A DNA stretch of 64,000 nt from Promethearchaeota archaeon. Its GTDB lineage: Archaea > Asgardarchaeota > Lokiarchaeia > Sigyniarchaeales > SOKP01. The notes under the pieces are model-generated. The model saw only the letters and a list, made by a program, of their open reading frames with translations. It did not search any database and was not told the DNA's origin. The DNA is taken from positions 1 through 64,000 of the forward strand of contig JAUVXW010000008.1 of the NCBI GenBank assembly GCA_030603385.1, in the 5' to 3' direction. This document shows positions 58,511-64,000 of the stretch, in pieces; positions within the stretch are counted from its first letter, which is position 1, and each line of letters begins with the position of its first letter. The translations under genes and the position numbers were made by a program.

Positions 58511-59785
58511 CTAAAGCGGATTATTTTTTGTAAAGCTGTATTTTACTAATACATAAAAGATAAAAATAAGGAAGATTGTACTTCCAAAATTGAAGGGAAA
58601 AAAACCTTCTGTTATAAAAAAAAGTCCCATAAATGCGAGATCAAAAAAACTCAAAAAGAATAGACTCGGTTTGATAAAATTTTTAGTTAAGTTGGATTGT
58701 CTTGGTAAATTAAATATTATTATTATCAACAATGGTGTTAAATTTAGTAAATGATGATCCCATGAATCAAAATAACAAAGGAACATAATTGAAATCCCAA
58801 AACAATAACCATATAGTACAGAATGCTTAGTCGTTCTTCTAATTATAAATGAAGTGAAACCTATAAAGATAAAAATAATTGCAATAAAAAAAAATAAAGG
58901 CATTTGAAGCAATAGTACCTGATCTTCCGCAAATCCAATGAAATATAAGAAGTTGATGATGAGCTTTGTTATGCTAAAGGAGTGATTTATCTGTGAAGGT
59001 TCTGAGCTTGTGAAGTTAGCTTCGATGAATCCGTCTAATAAATTTGGGAGTATTAAAAACATTATAAGATTGAGAGATAAAGGTAGTACTATTCCAATCA
59101 ATCTTATAAAACTACGAGCAACATCAAATTTGAGTTTTCTACTTATTAAATCATAATGAATGATAAGGATGAAAGGAATCATAAAAATTGTTATTGGTTT
59201 TATAATTATACTGATTCCAAGTAAAATACTTGCTATTAATTCCCATTTCATCCCATCGTATTTTAAATAAATATATAAAGATAATAAAATCAGTAGAGTA
59301 ACATACAAATTAATTTGACCTAATATGTAATTAAAAAAATTTGGTAAACTCATTAAATATATGCTAATATAGAGTACAACTCTTTTTTCCTCTTTTTCAT
59401 GATCTTCCGCTCTGATAAAAATTATGATTTTGTAGAGAACAACACATATCAATATGTTGAGAATTAAATTAAGAGAATTGAATACAATAAAACCTAAATC
59501 AAAACCCATCAAATTAAAAGGTACAAAAAACAATGAAGCTATTGGTAAATACCTGAAAGGCCAATTGTATGGCGTAGTATAAAGATTATTGATATCTTTT
59601 AGAACAACTCCTCCAACCTCATAGTAAACTCGAAAATCATTCTGCTTTCGAAAAAAGATAAGTGTTAAAAATAGTGAGAATATAAAATATCCCCCATGAA
59701 TGATGACAGCATACTTAAATACTTTATAATTCCAGAGTTCTCTAAATCTTTCTTTTAATTTAGACAAAAATTTTTGCGATTTCAT
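58511..59785 (-). CDS. GT-C glycosyltransferase family 87 (DUF2029)
   Basis: DFRVYY, FRYLP, GQIN, IIIKP, SWDHH; about 11 TM helices. Confidence 0.85.
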   Translation of the reverse strand: MKSQKFLSKLKERFRELWNYKVFKYAVIIHGGYFIFSLFLTLIFFRKQNDFRVYYEVGGVVLKDINNLYTTPYNWPFRYLPIASLFFVPFNLMGFDLGFIVFNSLNLILNILICVVLYKIIIFIRAEDHEKEEKRVVLYISIYLMSLPNFFNYILGQINLYVTLLILLSLYIYLKYDGMKWELIASILLGISIIIKPITIFMIPFILIIHYDLISRKLKFDVARSFIRLIGIVLPLSLNLIMFLILPNLLDGFIEANFTSSEPSQINHSFSITKLIINFLYFIGFAEDQVLLLQMPLFFFIAIIFIFIGFTSFIIRRTTKHSVLYGYCFGISIMFLCYFDSWDHHLLNLTPLLIIIIFNLPRQSNLTKNFIKPSLFFLSFFDLAFMGLFFITEGFFPFNFGSTIFLIFIFYVLVKYSFTKNNPL

Positions 59786-60546
59786 TTTAAATTCCGTGAT
59801 GATAGTCTAATGGATTTATATTTTCTAATAATATATACAATTACCCCAAGAGATAAAATTGTGAATAACACTATTAATGTAGGTATCACATAAAAAGGTA
59901 AAAAATCGAGAGCAATATCAACAATTACTACATTTCCTTTAATATAAAGCTTATATGAGCTTAGGATTCCTTCATCATTGTAAATTGCAATAATCTGAAT
60001 ACCTTTATTAGGATAACCAGGTCCAATAGCATCCTTAGAGATATCGACATTTAGTGTTGGCAAGACCCTATTATCTACATCATACCATTCGTTTAAATCT
60101 AAACCACCCATATATTCGCCTACTGGAATGGGAAACCAGAATGGGACAAATGAATCATATTTTGAAAAGTTAAGCTCTTCAGTGTAATCCTTTGGATTAT
60201 TGAGATATGTAATCTGAGAATCATTATCTTTAACACCCCAATTTTTATTTAGGGTCCAGAACCAAATACTAAATTCAATCTTATTCACTGTTTCATTTAC
60301 TTCAACTGTATTTATTTCCCATTTCATCTTTGTTCCTTTACTCAAATTTTTAAGAATTCCTGAATTATCCCAACCGGGCCCAAAAATGAGGTTCATTTCA
60401 GCTTCATTACAAACTTTACATTTCCATATTAATACATCATTCTCATTGACTCCCGTTTTATAACTAATCGCATTTGCAGGTAAGACCATTCCACTAAATA
60501 TAAGAGAAAGAATAACAAAACCAAATAGAATTAGTCTGTGCTTCAA
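59782..60546 (-). CDS. Exported protein with C-terminal membrane anchor
   Basis: Signal peptide, GV...D.L.W N-terminal and YNDEGIL C-terminal patterns, single C-terminal TM plus basic tail. Confidence 0.75.
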   Translation of the reverse strand: MKHRLILFGFVILSLIFSGMVLPANAISYKTGVNENDVLIWKCKVCNEAEMNLIFGPGWDNSGILKNLSKGTKMKWEINTVEVNETVNKIEFSIWFWTLNKNWGVKDNDSQITYLNNPKDYTEELNFSKYDSFVPFWFPIPVGEYMGGLDLNEWYDVDNRVLPTLNVDISKDAIGPGYPNKGIQIIAIYNDEGILSSYKLYIKGNVVIVDIALDFLPFYVIPTLIVLFTILSLGVIVYIIRKYKSIRLSSRNLK

Positions 60547-60550
60547 TTTT

Positions 60551-61813
60551 TTAGTCCTCCACTAACTGATACCTTTTATTTTTTAAACAACACTTAAAAA
60601 CGGCGTAAAATACGATTAATAGGAAGAAAGTCCCTTCAAAATTATATGGGAATAACGGATAGATAAGATACCAAATTCCAATAAAAATGAGGTCAAAAAA
60701 ACTAAAGAAAAATAAACTTGGTTTGATAGAGTTTGTAATTTCTGAATGCCTAGGAAGATTAAATATTATAATAATTAAAATTGGAGTTAAATTCAAGAGG
60801 TGGTGGTCCCATGAATCATAGTACGCAAGAAGCATAATAGTAATCCCAAATGCAAAGCCGTAAATTATTGAATCTTCTTCAAATCTCCTAATCATAAAAG
60901 TGATGAAACCTAAACCTCCTACTATGCAAACTACTCCAACCAATATATAAAGTTGATTAAAAGGAATATTATAAAAATAACAGAAATTAGTTATTAGTTT
61001 AGTAATACTAAAAGAAAAATTTAAAGCAACAGGGTTGTTTCCTGTGAAGTTTGTGTCTAAAAATCCTTTCCATAAAGGAGGATAAATAAAAAAGAGAATA
61101 AAATTTAATAATACCGGCAAAATAACACCTATCAACCTTATCAAAGTCATAGAAAAATCGAATTTAATTTTTTTATTTTCTAAATCAAATTTCAATATAA
61201 TCAAAAATGGAATTAAGAAAAAAGCAGTAGGTTTAATTATTATGCCTAATCCTAAGATTAAGCTTCCTATTAATTGCCATTTAAGTTCTTCATATTTTAG
61301 AAAAATGTAAAGTGATACTAAAATAAATAGTGTGATATATAAGTTAATTTGTCCGTAGATATAATTCAATATATGGGGTAGACCCATTAAATATATACAT
61401 ACATATAATATGACTCTTTTATCGTCATTTTCATGGTCTTTATTCCTAACTAATAGAATGATCTTATATAAGATTACACAAATCAAAACGTTAAGTAAAA
61501 CGTTAAAAATATTAAATATCACGAATGCTGATTCAAAACTTAAAATTGAATAGGGTATGAAAAAGAGTGCTGATAAAGGGAAATATCTAAAATCCCATAA
61601 ATAATTCGTTTGATTATACAAGTTTTCGATATCATTAAGAAATATATCTCCAACGTTATAAAAAATTATGAAATCATTTTTTTCCTTGAAAAATAAAAAA
61701 AATAAAACAATTGAAAGGAAGAAGTAAAAACTATGAAGGATTAGAGCATAACGAAAAATTTTATGTTTCCAAAGTTCTTTTATTCTATTAAGAATCCTTG
61801 TTTTTAAACTCAT
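60551..61813 (-). CDS. GT-C glycosyltransferase family 87 (DUF2029), paralog
   Basis: DFIIFY, FRYFP, GQIN, IIIKP, SWDHH; clearly similar to 58511-59785. Confidence 0.85.
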   Translation of the reverse strand: MSLKTRILNRIKELWKHKIFRYALILHSFYFFLSIVLFFLFFKEKNDFIIFYNVGDIFLNDIENLYNQTNYLWDFRYFPLSALFFIPYSILSFESAFVIFNIFNVLLNVLICVILYKIILLVRNKDHENDDKRVILYVCIYLMGLPHILNYIYGQINLYITLFILVSLYIFLKYEELKWQLIGSLILGLGIIIKPTAFFLIPFLIILKFDLENKKIKFDFSMTLIRLIGVILPVLLNFILFFIYPPLWKGFLDTNFTGNNPVALNFSFSITKLITNFCYFYNIPFNQLYILVGVVCIVGGLGFITFMIRRFEEDSIIYGFAFGITIMLLAYYDSWDHHLLNLTPILIIIIFNLPRHSEITNSIKPSLFFFSFFDLIFIGIWYLIYPLFPYNFEGTFFLLIVFYAVFKCCLKNKRYQLVED

Positions 61814-61905
61814 AAACCCATTAATAAATTATTATTTTAATTTTAAATTCTTTAATTAACTCACTATAATTAAATTTGTTAAAAATTACTTTTGGGAGAT
61901 AAAAG

Positions 61906-62154
61906 ATGTCCTTTCTAAATAAAGAAATTGAAAGAGCTACATTTGGGATAATTGTTGGAAATCGTGATGTTTTTCCTGATCACCTTGCTACTGAAGGAAG
62001 AACCGCAATTACAGATGTTTTAAAGGAATTAAATTATGATTATGTTATCTTGAATAAAGAGGATACAAGAGATGGAGTTGTAGAAACCTATAACGATGCA
62101 AAGAAATGCGCCGAACTCTTTAAAAAAAATAGAGACAAAATTAAAGAGATTTAA
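61906..62154 (+). pseudogene. N-terminal fragment of L-fucose/L-arabinose isomerase-family protein
   Basis: TFGIIVGNRDVFPDHLA..GR and GVVETYNDAKKCAELFKKNRDKI, then stop after 82 aa. Confidence 0.7.
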
Positions 62155-62180
62155 AAATAGTATATTAATAAATTAATTTT

Positions 62181-63800
62181 TTATTGCCAGAACTCTAAAT
62201 TTTTAAATTTAAGATTGAATTTATTTACTCTTTTCTCAAGGTAAAGCTTAAAGGAATTCTTCAAATCTACTTTATCTAAATTTGTATCTGGACTAATTTT
62301 AGTTATAATCTCTTCAAAAATATTTAAAGGATTTTCATTCCAATAAATAATTATTCTAAGAGGTTCAAAATGAATTTCATTAGAATGAATAAAATAGCAT
62401 TCTATGTCTAATAAATCTAAATCTTCTTCAAATTCTCTCAAAAGTTTTATATTTGGTAAGATTGAACGAGATCCTTCATATTTGTTTTCATCTTTGTTTA
62501 TATTATTGTAATAGAATTGTAGGATATTGTTTAGTGCATCAAAAATCTTCTGCTTGTATTTTTTATTTAAATGTTTCTTTAATTTTAGTTCTTTATCTAA
62601 TAATACTGTCTTATCCCGAATTTTTTGAAGTATTATTCGAAGCTTTTCATCATAAAGAGTCTTCTTACAAAATTCCTTTAAATGCGTTCTTCCTGTGATG
62701 CTCAAATAATTATTTATAATTGCAGTTGATGATTCTATTATATTTTGTTTCTTCTCTTTTTGAGAATATTCTACACCAACATGATAGTTATATAATTTTT
62801 CAGCAGCTTTTTTATTATATATTCTTTTTAAAATTACAATATCATAGGTACCAATCGAAAAATCATCAGTATTAAAAACATATTTTAATAGCCATTCATC
62901 CCATCTATCTATTTCATGTATAAAGACATAAAAAAAATCAATTTTTTCTTCTAAAGTTAGGAGGGATGAATCACGATTTAAATCAAATCTTTTAGATTTA
63001 TATACTTCTGTATTTATTCTCGATAATACTTCCATAACTAACTTCTCATTATTTTGATTTGGATCATGTCTTTCAATAATTGATTCACATGTTTCATAAA
63101 AAACCTCTAAAAATTTAAGATCAAATTCTCTATTATATAAATATAAATCTCTCAAATGTTTTTCGATAAAATGTTTAAAATTTTGTTTTGCTTTAAACCA
63201 TAGATTGTTTTTTAAAGAATCAATAAATTCTTTCACTGTTGCATCAGTTATCATTTTATTATCTTGTATGAACAATTTCATGAAATAAATCAATTTTAAT
63301 ACTAAATTCAACTCTCTATTATCATAAACAATCCATGCAATTAATAATCCAATAAATATCAAGAAAAATGTTATTATGAAAAATGAATTAGCTTCATTTA
63401 TGAATGATAATGAAATAAATAGCAATGTTAGTGTAAAAAGCACTTTTGAAAAAAATCTATCTTTTATACTTGAAATGAAAATATGGTCTATTCCGCTGTG
63501 TAATTTTACATTCTTATATTTTGGAAATTTTCCTTTACGGTTTTTAAGAATAATAATTAACTTAAAAATAAGAATCTCCCCCTTAAAATAATAGAGAAAT
63601 GCTGTTAAAATTGAAGAAACACTAAGTATGATAATATATAACTCATAACTTTCAAAAACATTTAAAAAATTACTCAAATTATTATCTGGATTAAGATTGA
63701 TGATAAAAAATACGATTGAAATTGAAAGGAAGAAATAAGCTCCTTTATAAGTGGTTTTATCTTGAGTATCTCTAAACTGACCCGTATAATAGGCTGTCAT
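62181..63800 (-). CDS. Hypothetical protein, four N-terminal TM helices plus helical soluble domain
   Basis: 539-aa ORF with ATG; no recognised motif. Confidence 0.7.
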   Translation of the reverse strand: MTAYYTGQFRDTQDKTTYKGAYFFLSISIVFFIINLNPDNNLSNFLNVFESYELYIIILSVSSILTAFLYYFKGEILIFKLIIILKNRKGKFPKYKNVKLHSGIDHIFISSIKDRFFSKVLFTLTLLFISLSFINEANSFFIITFFLIFIGLLIAWIVYDNRELNLVLKLIYFMKLFIQDNKMITDATVKEFIDSLKNNLWFKAKQNFKHFIEKHLRDLYLYNREFDLKFLEVFYETCESIIERHDPNQNNEKLVMEVLSRINTEVYKSKRFDLNRDSSLLTLEEKIDFFYVFIHEIDRWDEWLLKYVFNTDDFSIGTYDIVILKRIYNKKAAEKLYNYHVGVEYSQKEKKQNIIESSTAIINNYLSITGRTHLKEFCKKTLYDEKLRIILQKIRDKTVLLDKELKLKKHLNKKYKQKIFDALNNILQFYYNNINKDENKYEGSRSILPNIKLLREFEEDLDLLDIECYFIHSNEIHFEPLRIIIYWNENPLNIFEEIITKISPDTNLDKVDLKNSFKLYLEKRVNKFNLKFKNLEFWQ

Positions 63801-64000
63801 ATATTTATACCTTTATCTAAATTCTTACAATTATTGATAAAATTCCAGTTTTTCGTAAATGCTATCTATATAAAAATAGAAAATTCAATATTAAAAAATT
63901 AAGTACTTTTACGATAATATAATAATAAAACCTTTGCTAAATTATCTGAGTATTCTGATTTTCAATATTTATTGATTTCTTGTCATCCTCATCATTTTTT

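Noticed and set aside
2710-63591. Many short antisense or overlapping ORFs in the track (e.g. 2710-3078, 11970-12365, 30132-30500, 46349-46570, 57271-57531)
   Set aside because: They overlap well-supported genes and carry no motifs
1-64000. CRISPR array, rRNA, transposase or integrase
   Set aside because: No regularly spaced repeats, no long GC-rich RNA gene and no recombinase motifs seen

Overview
AT-rich archaeal chromosomal window, almost certainly from an Asgard archaeon (Lokiarchaeia-like). The assignment rests on longin, roadblock-small GTPase, gelsolin-like and PCI/winged-helix proteins, an EF-2 paralog without the diphthamide motif, aCPSF1 and proteasome beta. Two loci stand out. (1) A ~15.4 kb chemosensory cluster (17220-32659: cheW, cheY, cheA, cheW-cheC-cheC fusion, cheR, two cheB, cheD, cheC) has no receptor, archaellum or CheF gene in the window. 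It is interleaved with eukaryotic-signature genes: a longin protein, a gelsolin-like protein overlapping cheR, a roadblock-Rab-like GTPase with a natural Q-to-L switch II, and two unknown cytoplasmic proteins. This suggests a Che pathway wired to actin/small-GTPase output rather than to a rotary motor. (2) An inositol-phosphate locus (3850-9848) holds an inositol-1-phosphate synthase, four ITPK1-like ATP-grasp kinases and a HAD phosphatase with a polybasic tail. Also present: tRNA-Gly(CCC), a tRNA-Gln(CTG) with two non-canonical insertions, a candidate K-turn ncRNA, a 2235-aa surface protein in a variable region, housekeeping genes, and several frameshifted or truncated genes. All calls come from motif recognition by eye; no searches were run.
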